The position numbers and the translations under genes were made by a program. A stretch of DNA of 32,000 bases from Cupriavidus necator. Lineage in GTDB: Bacteria > Pseudomonadota > Gammaproteobacteria > Burkholderiales > Burkholderiaceae. The stretch covers positions 360,001 to 392,000 of the forward strand of contig NZ_CP066020.1 of the NCBI RefSeq assembly GCF_016127575.1. Direction: 5' to 3'. The notes beneath the pieces are model-generated. The model did no database searches. It saw only the letters and a list, made by a program, of their open reading frames with translations, and was not told the origin of the DNA. Every line of letters starts with the position of its first letter. Position 1 is the first letter of the stretch. Of this stretch, positions 23,053 to 31,027 are shown in pieces.

Positions 23053-24219
23053 ATGAAGAAGAAAGAAGAAGAAAGTCGCGAATTCAACCTGGTCGATCCA
23101 AAGTCGCCAAACGCTATGCGCGAACTGGTGACCCAGCAACTGGGTCACTTTATCGACGCCGGCGCCATCGGGCGCATCGTGCAGGCAGCGCAGGAGATCG
23201 AGCTCTCCCGGAAACGCATCCTGGCCGAACACACCGCCATCGGGTCTCGGCTATTCCAGATCTACCACTCCATCCTGACGTGCGTGCAAAAGCGATTGGG
23301 CGACACGCCGCGCGCCCGCCAGGAAGCCGATGACAGTCTGTACGCCCTCGCCGTCAGGGGCATGCGCATTTCACGCGCCTCGGTAATCAAGTATCTGCAG
23401 GCATTTCATCACTTCTCAGAGAACCACGACGCCTTGACGTTTCTGAACCTTGGCGAACTGACGATCCTCAAGCGTTCGGACATCACCAACGAGGAAGTAC
23501 AGCGGTTCATCGACGCGCGCAAGAACGATGAATCCTATTCGCGCAAGGAGATCCTGCCTTATATCGAGTGGTCTCGACGCACGCACCAGGACCTCAATCA
23601 CGTCATGGCCACGCTGGAAGCCGCGGAAGAGCAACTGAACGAGAGTCTGGAGCGCCAGCGCGATCTCGAAGCCCAGATGCGCCACATGCGTGAGCAAATG
23701 AACTCTGCGGACGCGCTCAATGCTGCGCAGAAGGATCAACTGGATCGCACTTCTGGCGCACTCACGTCCCAGCAGCACGCCATGGACAGCCTGCAGCTCT
23801 CCATCACCAGATTGAACGAAGAGCGACAAGCCTTGCAGAAGGCATTAGCAGATTCAAGGATCCGAGAGGTAGTGAGGGAGGTGAAGGTCGAAGTCGTTCC
23901 CGCTGAATACAAAGACCTCTCCGACGCCGTCATCGGTGAAAGCAGCAAGCTCGACGCCACAAAAGCGCAAGTCAAGGAAGCTGAGCGACGACTGGCGGAG
24001 GTCAACGCCGAACTTGAGCAACACGAGGCAAAGGAGGCTGACTCAAGAAGCCTGGCGCTGCGCATCGACGGCCTGAAGGCCGATCTCGATGATGCGCTCG
24101 CCAAGCTTCGAAGCTCCGTCAAGGCAATCAAGGTAAAGGAGCATGGCGCCGCGCTGTTGTCCTTGCGCCGCAGTGCGGAGGCATTCCACAACGAACTGAT
24201 CGCTATCACCGGAGCTTGA
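23053..24219 (+). CDS. Coiled-coil protein (388 aa) with an N-terminal, possibly ParB/KorB-like HTH region
   Basis: The N-terminal ~170 aa are globular (RISRASVIKYLQAFHHFSENHDALTFLNLGELTILKR). Residues ~185-388 are heptad-like and rich in E/Q/L/A/R/K. AGGGG lies 7 nt upstream. Confidence 0.8.
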   Translation: MKKKEEESREFNLVDPKSPNAMRELVTQQLGHFIDAGAIGRIVQAAQEIELSRKRILAEHTAIGSRLFQIYHSILTCVQKRLGDTPRARQEADDSLYALAVRGMRISRASVIKYLQAFHHFSENHDALTFLNLGELTILKRSDITNEEVQRFIDARKNDESYSRKEILPYIEWSRRTHQDLNHVMATLEAAEEQLNESLERQRDLEAQMRHMREQMNSADALNAAQKDQLDRTSGALTSQQHAMDSLQLSITRLNEERQALQKALADSRIREVVREVKVEVVPAEYKDLSDAVIGESSKLDATKAQVKEAERRLAEVNAELEQHEAKEADSRSLALRIDGLKADLDDALAKLRSSVKAIKVKEHGAALLSLRRSAEAFHNELIAITGA

Positions 24220-24221
24220 CG

Positions 24222-25394
24222 ATGCAATCCACGCTTACCCGTTCCATCTTTGAGCAGTTTGTTCTCCCGGCCTGGGTGCGAGATCGCGTGCTTTCCGCGA
24301 ATCTCCGGATCAGCAACTACGTCCTGAACACGGTATCGGTGCATCCGACGCTGGAGAACGTTTTCAGGGTCTCCAGCGAAAACCTTCGGTCGCTTCGTGA
24401 AAATATCGGCCAGTCGTCGAAGGTACTGGGGACGTCATTCCTTGCTTACGCACCGACGCTCACGACCGTGGAGGACTGGCGTTCGTTCATTGAGGGCAGG
24501 ATGCCGACGGTCACGATGGAACGCCTCAAAGCAATGGTGCCTCACAGCCTATCAGTGGTGGACAGGCTGGCGCTCGAGCACACCAACCGCTCGTACATCA
24601 ATGCTGTGTACGACCTCCTGAACATGTCGGTGTTGGCAGCACCGCTGATCGGCATCTCCAACGAATTGGCGTCGTACCTGCGCTCAATTCCGCAGCACCA
24701 ATTCGACGTGGCCATGACCGAGCGTCTGATACCGCTCTTCCATTGGCGCTTTGCGGACGAGATGTTCTGGCTGGAAATCCACACAGGCCGACTCTCGCGG
24801 GAGATGATTGCCCACTACCTGATGGAGACCTCGCCGCTCCGCTCGGACCGCTTGCCCCACTCTGGCGTATGGGGCAAGTTCCGCCTGGAGACGTTCGAGC
24901 GCGATGCTCTGTTCGAAGCGTTTCTGTCCTTTAGCTGTCGGGCCATGAGCGTTTGTTCACTGTTCAATACCAGCATTGAGCATACGAGGAAGACCTACCA
25001 GCGCATACACGGGAAGTCCTCACCATCCGGCCAACCTCCTGCTTCGCTGATGTGGTACCTCGAATCCGCGCAACGCCGCGTTCAGGCGACATTCCAGATC
25101 TGGCTGTTTCGGTCCGCTATCGCCTGTGACGTCTCGACGCCGGAAAGCTTCGTCGCAATGCTAGACATTCACCGGGCCTTTTTTGCGGACGATTGCAATG
25201 TCCCGGCCGAGCGCTCCCTGCATCTGGCCCGCTCCATGTCGACGAGCGAGGAACTTGCGGTTTGGCCCTGCCGGAAGTGCGGCACACCCTATCTGGCATC
25301 GAACTCCTCCGCGAAGATCGAGCTTTCGCAGTCGTTCCTTTGCCCGTGCTGCAACGGGACGTTGATCCCCTCGCGTGGCGGGCGCCGGAACTAA
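24222..25394 (+). CDS. Putative transcriptional activator with FlhD-like and FlhC-like regions in one polypeptide (390 aa)
   Basis: ATG at 24222 with GGAG 7 nt upstream and a 2-nt gap after the preceding stop. Residues ~120-180 ([55 protein letters not shown]) resemble FlhD. Residues ~225-385 ([28 protein letters not shown] ... LHLARSMS ... [11 protein letters not shown] ... SFLCPCC) resemble FlhC, including its Cys4 zinc site. Confidence 0.8.
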   Translation: [390 protein letters not shown]

Positions 25395-26428
25395 TGCGAA
25401 ACTACTTCGTCATCGCAGCGTGCTGCGCGGGCCCGGTTTGGGCAACTGGGAGCGCGCCACCGCCCGTCCAGTTGCCCGAGGCGCCCGCGGCAGCTGCGCT
25501 CAGGATGAACGTGGCCGATCCAACCTACTCCGAAGGCTCTGGACAGCTCGCGCTCTTCAAGGGCGTCAACACCTTGCGCCAGAAGCTTGGTGTCGGGCTG
25601 CTCGCGCAGGACGCCGCGCTCGACACAGCTGCCCAGGCACATGCCGTCTATCTCAGTGCCCACAGCGTGGCGCAGCATGACCAGACACCTGGGTCTCAGC
25701 ATTTCTACGAGGCCACGCCACTGCTGCGCGCGCAGAAGGCCGGTATCGGGGATTCCCAGTGGGTAGCCGAAGTCGTGGGCGCGGCCAGGGGGCCGAACGA
25801 CCGTGAGATTGGCCTCGGCTGCATCGACCAGTGGTACCACACCGTCTATCACCTGCAGTCCCTTGTGACCAACCAGGAATCCATCGGTATTGGGTACAGC
25901 AGCATAGGTGCCTTAGGCCTGAACCATTGCGTTCTGGACTTTGGCACGAGCACTGCCACGCAGCCAAGCCCTACCCCCAACGGCGTGCCCTACGGGGGCG
26001 GTCAGCAGTTTGACGCTGAAACTTTCGTCACTGTGCCGGCGGACGGCGACATCGGTGTGCAGGGCGGGTTCAATTTCGCCGGCGAGTCGCCAAATCCCGC
26101 GCCAGACCTGCCTACGCCGGGCCGGCCTCTGATGGTGTACGCCAACGGCGCGCTCGCGGAAGTGCTATCCGTGACGGCCTTCAAACTTGTGGCCAGAAAC
26201 GGCGCCGAGATGCCTGCACGCGTATTGGTGTCCCCCGCCGCGAAGGCGGATGGTTCTGCTGGTGTTGCCGACGAGTACCTACGCAACAATGCGGCCTTCC
26301 TGCTCCCGCTCGCGCCCTTGGCTGATCGTGAGACCTACACGGCTTCTTTCACGGGCACTCGGGCCGGTAAGCCGGTGAGCCTTTCCTGGACCTTCAGGAC
26401 TGCAGCACCCACCACGGCCTTGCGATAG
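25394..26428 (+). CDS. Secreted CAP/SCP-domain protein (344 aa), paralog of 27040..28062
   Basis: The start overlaps the upstream stop (TAATG). Signal-like MRNYFVIAACCAGPVWA. CAP-like FKGVNTLRQKLGVGLLAQDAALDTAAQAHAVYL. Blocks shared with the paralog: VYHLQSLVTNQESIG, GESPNPAPDL, SWTF. Confidence 0.8.
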   Translation: MRNYFVIAACCAGPVWATGSAPPPVQLPEAPAAAALRMNVADPTYSEGSGQLALFKGVNTLRQKLGVGLLAQDAALDTAAQAHAVYLSAHSVAQHDQTPGSQHFYEATPLLRAQKAGIGDSQWVAEVVGAARGPNDREIGLGCIDQWYHTVYHLQSLVTNQESIGIGYSSIGALGLNHCVLDFGTSTATQPSPTPNGVPYGGGQQFDAETFVTVPADGDIGVQGGFNFAGESPNPAPDLPTPGRPLMVYANGALAEVLSVTAFKLVARNGAEMPARVLVSPAAKADGSAGVADEYLRNNAAFLLPLAPLADRETYTASFTGTRAGKPVSLSWTFRTAAPTTALR

Positions 26429-26482
26429 CCCGCTCCTCCGAGCAGAAGGGGCTGGTGAAGCGCCATAACAGGAGATTGAGAG

Positions 26483-26815
26483 ATGGAATGGATCACGATT
26501 GCGATCGCTTTCGCATTGCCCGCGTACCTCGCGTTCAAATGGGCCAGGCAGGAGGATCGCTGGGCTTGGCCATGGGCGATCGCGTGCATGGTCTTCTCGT
26601 ACTTTGGCTTGCTCGCATTCGTGTTGACCCGCGAGGGCCTGCCCACGGTGAGTGAATATGCCCGCAAGTATCCGACTTGCGTGACGGAGCGCGGCATGTC
26701 CTGCTATCGGTGCGGATCACGGAGTATTCGCCTTTGGCGTGAACAGCCCTTCATCGCCGTGCACCAATGGCACATCTGCAACAGCTGCGGAACGTCGCTG
26801 TACCGTTCGCGGTAG
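26483..26815 (+). CDS. Membrane protein with a C-terminal zinc ribbon (110 aa)
   Basis: Two hydrophobic helices, then CYRCGSRS...CNSCGTS. GGAG lies 8 nt upstream. Confidence 0.65.
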   Translation: MEWITIAIAFALPAYLAFKWARQEDRWAWPWAIACMVFSYFGLLAFVLTREGLPTVSEYARKYPTCVTERGMSCYRCGSRSIRLWREQPFIAVHQWHICNSCGTSLYRSR

Positions 26816-26960
26816 CACGCCCTGGACCAGAGGTCACTCCGAAAATCGAGCCGATAGGTAGGGACACCCCACTTTCCGGGGGTCAAATTCGGCTCCTATT
26901 CGCCGTCTTGGTGTTGGTCGCCTTCGTGTATTCTCACGTCCGGCCGGGGATTGCGGGCAC

Positions 26961-26987
26961 TTGACTTCGCACAGCGATGGGTAAGCT
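26961..26987 (+). promoter_or_regulatory. Promoter-like element TTGACT-N15-TAAGCT upstream of the CAP lipoprotein gene
   Basis: CTTGACTTCGCACAGCGATGGGTAAGCT, ending 52 nt before the ATG at 27040. Confidence 0.4.
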
Positions 26988-27039
26988 AAAAGTAACGGTC
27001 GATCCCCGGCCGGCAAAAGTCAGAGGAAGAAAAACAAAC

Positions 27040-28062
27040 ATGCAAAACTCCAAACTCACTCTTTCGGTGCTGGCCACGGCCATGACGCTCGCTCTTGCAG
27101 CGTGCGGTGGCGGCGGCGGTGACGATGGTGGCTCCAAAAACCCCACCACTCCTCCCACTACACCGACCACCCCGACGACTCCGCAAGTGCCGACGTCGGT
27201 GCCGCCCGCCACTAGCGTCGGCACTCCTACTTACCCTGCTGGAGACTTCCGCCTCGCTAGCTATACCGACCTCAACAACTATCGCCTTGCGATGGGCGTC
27301 GGCGCATTGCGGCAGGACGCTTTCCTGGACGCGGCCGCTGATAATCATCTCGCCTACATGAAGGCGAACGCATTGCTTGCACATGAGGAAACCGTTGGCA
27401 AGCCAGGCTTCACGGGCGTGAACCCGTATGAGCAGGCGGTGGCAGCAGGAGCATCGAAGAATCAGTGGGTCAGCCAGTCAGCGTCCATGTCTGCATTCTG
27501 CGTCGATAGCTTCAAGAACTCGGTCTACCACCTGCAAGGTATCACCAGCAACCAAGAAACGATCGGTGTTGCTAACCGAGATGGCTATTGCGTAATCAAT
27601 TTTGGACTGTCTACCGGCGCGAACGGCAGCGGCTACGGCCTTCCGTCGTGGGGTGGCCAGCAACTTCCCGCGGGAGGCATGGCCTACTCGCCTGTTGACG
27701 GCGAACGAGTTGTTGGTTCCTTTACCCCTGCTGGTGAGTCCCCTAACCCGGCTCCGGATTTGACTGCTGCCGGACATCCAATCATGTTCCGCGTCCCCGC
27801 TCCGGAATCCACCGATGTTCTGACTGTGTCGAACTTTTCGCTGGCTGGTCCTGGTGGCGCTGTGGTCCCGGTGCGCGTTTTGGTTCCCTCCAAAGCGAAG
27901 TCCGGATCTGTTTCGAACGCCGTCGAGGATGCCCGCCTGTTTGCCGGTGTGGTGTTCATGCTTCCCACCCAGCCGCTTTCTGCCGGCACGTACACAGCAA
28001 CATTTAGCGGCGCCCGCAATGGCATTGCAATCAACAAATCTTGGAGCTTCACCGCGTTCTGA
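27040..28062 (+). CDS. CAP/SCP-domain lipoprotein (340 aa)
   Basis: MQNSKLTLSVLATAMTLALAAC has a lipobox (LAAC), followed by a Gly/Thr/Pro linker and the CAP-like LNNYRLAMGVGALRQDAFLDAAADNHLAYM. Paralog blocks: VYHLQGITSNQETIG, GESPNPAPDL, SWSF. Confidence 0.85.
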   Translation: MQNSKLTLSVLATAMTLALAACGGGGGDDGGSKNPTTPPTTPTTPTTPQVPTSVPPATSVGTPTYPAGDFRLASYTDLNNYRLAMGVGALRQDAFLDAAADNHLAYMKANALLAHEETVGKPGFTGVNPYEQAVAAGASKNQWVSQSASMSAFCVDSFKNSVYHLQGITSNQETIGVANRDGYCVINFGLSTGANGSGYGLPSWGGQQLPAGGMAYSPVDGERVVGSFTPAGESPNPAPDLTAAGHPIMFRVPAPESTDVLTVSNFSLAGPGGAVVPVRVLVPSKAKSGSVSNAVEDARLFAGVVFMLPTQPLSAGTYTATFSGARNGIAINKSWSFTAF

Positions 28063-28081
28063 AGCGATCCCCGTAACAGGC

Positions 28082-28115
28082 AAGGGCCCGCAGATTTTGC
28101 GGGCCCTTTTGTTTT
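28082..28115 (+). terminator. Strong rho-independent terminator
   Basis: AAGGGCCCGCA-GATTT-TGCGGGCCCTT forms an 11-bp stem, followed by TTGTTTTT. Confidence 0.8.
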
Positions 28116-28165
28116 TCCTTGCTTGGCGGATCTGCGTACTGGAGTCCGGTATTTTCGGGCTGCCA

Positions 28166-28654
28166 TTACTTCCTACAAACTTCGTACACACCGAGTCCCA
28201 TGTTGTTGCCGTTGCTTAGGTAGCTCGCTTTGTTAGTTCCCACGCGATATCCGCTGGCGTCAATGCCGGCCGACGCCAGAGAATTCAGCTCCGGCCACTC
28301 CATGTAGCCGCTCCACATTTGAGAGGCTACAACGCTTCCACCCCAGAGAATTTGATAACCCTTGCCCTCGCAGCCGCCATCGGCCGTGCATTGACCCATA
28401 TCGCCAATAGCAATGCTATAGGCACCCGGCGAATACTGGCAGGCCGGCGGCGGTGGCGGGGCACAGCAAGGCGGTGGCGGCGGCGCGGGAGGAATCGGTG
28501 TATCGCAGTATGGCAAGCCATTGCTCCGCCGCATCCAGACCTGGCCAGCTCGACAGTCAGCCACGGTCATCGCCGGCGCCGGAAACGAATAGAGCTGTGC
28601 CTCGGCTGCGGAAAAGCTAGCCATCAAGGTGCACGCTACAAAAATGCGCTTCAT
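28166..28654 (-). CDS. Secreted Cys- and Pro-rich protein (162 aa), last gene of the pil block
   Basis: Signal peptide MKRIFVACTLMASFSAAEA. Contains PIPPAPPPPPCCAPPPPPAC and eight further Cys. AAGGAA lies upstream, and the start is 10 nt after the pilV stop. Confidence 0.7.
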   Translation of the reverse strand: MKRIFVACTLMASFSAAEAQLYSFPAPAMTVADCRAGQVWMRRSNGLPYCDTPIPPAPPPPPCCAPPPPPACQYSPGAYSIAIGDMGQCTADGGCEGKGYQILWGGSVVASQMWSGYMEWPELNSLASAGIDASGYRVGTNKASYLSNGNNMGLGVYEVCRK

Positions 28655-28664
28655 ATTTGATTCC

Positions 28665-29912
28665 TTAAAACGTACAGCCCGTTGTGACCGTGCCCACTAG
28701 TTGCCCTCCAAGCGCGCCCGTATCGTTGCCGCTATACCAGGCCGCAGGAGAGATAGCGCTCGCTTGTGCGTACCAGAAGGTCCCGTTGTCGTTCATAGAG
28801 AAGAAGGTGCCTTGAATGGGAGGTATCACGTTGCCGGTGATATTCACCATTTCCTGCTTCGGCGTGTACATCGCCCATGCAGTACCACCCGGGCAGTTAT
28901 CCTTAGGAAACGTCATGCCGTCCGTCACGTTTTCAAACTTTCGAGTGACGTTCATATTCCCTAACGCGTTGTTGAGCGTGATATACCGGTTGCCTTTGCA
29001 CACGTAGCCAACATTGGTCGCGCTCGTTGCGATCTGACCATTGTTTCCGCAACCTAGGCCTTCGAAGATGTTTGCTACAGCCGTCCCAACCGCCTGCCAT
29101 ATGCCCCCTGAACAGATCACATGGCCGGTGCCTGAGGTACTCCTGCGGGTAGAGGTATCAACCGCGCACGCAGTCCCGGGGGCGCCTGTACTAGTGAGAT
29201 AAGTGTCGCCTTGGCTGGTCAAAGCCGTTGTCGCCGTCACCCGACCTGCGTTGTTCACGTCGTTCCCAGCCATGTCAATCGACGTCTGCATCCGATTTAG
29301 TTCCGGATGACCCGGAACCTGCGCCCGATACAAATAGCCGTTGTTGGCCTGCACGCCGGTAAATGCGAGCAACGACGCAAGCCTGCCGCTTCCGGGGTTC
29401 GTGTAGTTCGCCAGCGGAACTTGCCACGCCCCATACGCTCCATACGCCCTATTAGCCACCATCGTCGGATCGCCGTTCTGCCCCGCGTAGGGCACGAAGC
29501 CACCCTGCGCGCCGGCCTGCGCAGCGATCTGCACGAGCTGGCGGGTGTCCGTGATCGCACGCCCACCTTGGGAAGTGACAAGCGCCTGCAGGTTGTTCGG
29601 CGTCGGTTGCAGAACCTGGAGGAGCCACGTCTGGCCAAACACGTTGGTCGCCGAGAATCCGGCAGGGAGATAGCCGCCATTGATCAGCATCGCCGGCGTA
29701 ATGTTGACGGGCACGCTTGGCGTCGCCTGCGCGACCAGTGTCGCCGCCTCGTCCTGCACGAACTGCAGGGCTGCCTTGTCGAACACAAGCATCTGGCTCG
29801 CCGCAGCCGCGGTCTGCACGTTCGTGACACCCGCCTTCGCCCACGTCACAAAGCCGGCAAAGCTCAGCATCGAGAGCATCAGTGCGATGAGATATCCGAG
29901 TATGGCTTCCAT
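28665..29912 (-). CDS. pilV: PilV-type minor pilin/tip adhesin of a type IVb conjugative pilus (415 aa)
   Basis: Hydrophobic N-terminus, and GYLYRAQVPGHPELNRMQTSIDMAGNDVNNAGRV matches the shufflon-protein N-terminal constant region signature (VPGxPELNxM...DMxGN). Confidence 0.8.
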   Translation of the reverse strand: MEAILGYLIALMLSMLSFAGFVTWAKAGVTNVQTAAAASQMLVFDKAALQFVQDEAATLVAQATPSVPVNITPAMLINGGYLPAGFSATNVFGQTWLLQVLQPTPNNLQALVTSQGGRAITDTRQLVQIAAQAGAQGGFVPYAGQNGDPTMVANRAYGAYGAWQVPLANYTNPGSGRLASLLAFTGVQANNGYLYRAQVPGHPELNRMQTSIDMAGNDVNNAGRVTATTALTSQGDTYLTSTGAPGTACAVDTSTRRSTSGTGHVICSGGIWQAVGTAVANIFEGLGCGNNGQIATSATNVGYVCKGNRYITLNNALGNMNVTRKFENVTDGMTFPKDNCPGGTAWAMYTPKQEMVNITGNVIPPIQGTFFSMNDNGTFWYAQASAISPAAWYSGNDTGALGGQLVGTVTTGCTF

Positions 29913-29919
29913 GCAATTC

Positions 29920-30399
29920 TCAGGTGTTCAGCTGGACCCAATGAACCAGCGCCCCAACGGGAATGGTCGAAGGCACGCTGTATGCGATGCCGGTGGAAAT
30001 ATTGATGGCCGTACCCTGGCTACGGACCCGGAACCACGCGAGACTGCCTTGCGTGCTCCCAAGCAGCGCGGCGCCGGCGCCTGACTTAACGCGGACGTAG
30101 CCGTACACGTCGCGCCCGCCACCCGGGTTGGCTACGGCCATGCAGCCCGCACCAGTCGGCGCCGCCATCCCGGAGGGCAGCGCCGGGATCAGGCTGGCAC
30201 CAACGAGGCCAGGCGTTGCGTCGGCGGTCGACACGCACGCCGCCCCATAGGCCTGGGCCTGCTGCGCGGTGACCGTTGCGACGGAGTCCATGCGTCCGGG
30301 CACGCCGGCTCCCGGCGCTGCTTGTGATAGTTGCCAGCTCTGCGCCACGATGCCAAGGCTGAACAGGACCGCCGCGATCGGCAAGATGAGATAGCCCAT
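29920..30399 (-). CDS. Membrane-anchored pilus-cluster protein (159 aa), function not recognisable
   Basis: Strong SD (GAGGAGGAG). N-terminal anchor MGYLILPIAAVLFSLGIVA, then Ala/Gly-rich sequence. It sits between pilS and pilV. Confidence 0.65.
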   Translation of the reverse strand: MGYLILPIAAVLFSLGIVAQSWQLSQAAPGAGVPGRMDSVATVTAQQAQAYGAACVSTADATPGLVGASLIPALPSGMAAPTGAGCMAVANPGGGRDVYGYVRVKSGAGAALLGSTQGSLAWFRVRSQGTAINISTGIAYSVPSTIPVGALVHWVQLNT

Positions 30400-30435
30400 A
30401 GTCTCCTCCTCAGATAGTGGCGATAGCGCCGGAGA

Positions 30436-30936
30436 TCACTGGAAAGTGAGGGTGAAGGTGGCAGTCGCGCTGCACACGGCGCCAGCGGTCGCCTGATCCG
30501 GCAGGTTCGCCTGAGTGAACGTGGTGGTTCCCACGGCCAGCGAGACGTAGTCCTTTAGGCCCATGGCCGTGCTGACACACTGCTTCGCAGTTTGGGCATT
30601 GCCTCCGCCGAATCGGATCACGCCTTGTGAGCCGGCACTTGCGGCAGACAACGTCACCGCGTTGCCCCATGGATCCAAGAGCGTGGTGCCGCGCACCATG
30701 TCGGACGGGAACATCCCGCCGGTGATCATTGCCGGAATGTTGGCAGTGGTGAAGTTGGTGTACCCGTTGCTCCCCTGAGAGAAGCCCGCGCGGGCGTTCG
30801 TGATCAGCTGCGAGATGTTGGTGGCCACCACGCTTGCCTTGTGGTTCTGGAAGCCGTTATAGCCTGCATAGGCGATACCAGCGAGCGCGAGCAGGCCCAG
30901 CACGATGGCAACGATCCGCCCGAGAATCCCATCCAT
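30436..30936 (-). CDS. pilS: PilS-like type IVb major pilin, copy 2 (166 aa)
   Basis: ATG at 30936 with GGGGA upstream. The protein differs from copy 1 at about 21 of 166 positions, and the first 41 residues are identical. Confidence 0.75.
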   Translation of the reverse strand: MDGILGRIVAIVLGLLALAGIAYAGYNGFQNHKASVVATNISQLITNARAGFSQGSNGYTNFTTANIPAMITGGMFPSDMVRGTTLLDPWGNAVTLSAASAGSQGVIRFGGGNAQTAKQCVSTAMGLKDYVSLAVGTTTFTQANLPDQATAGAVCSATATFTLTFQ

Positions 30937-31027
30937 GTCATTTCCCCAAACAATGCACGCCCTGATTTGCGACGCTTCACCATCGTGGACGCGATACCGC
31001 TGGTGGAGCGTAGTTTCCGATGCCTGG

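Noticed and set aside
28166-29912. A PilV shufflon (invertible C-terminal segments)
   Set aside because: No sfx-like inverted repeats or opposite-strand alternative exons were seen by eye, and no Rci gene is adjacent. This cannot be fully excluded without a dot-plot.
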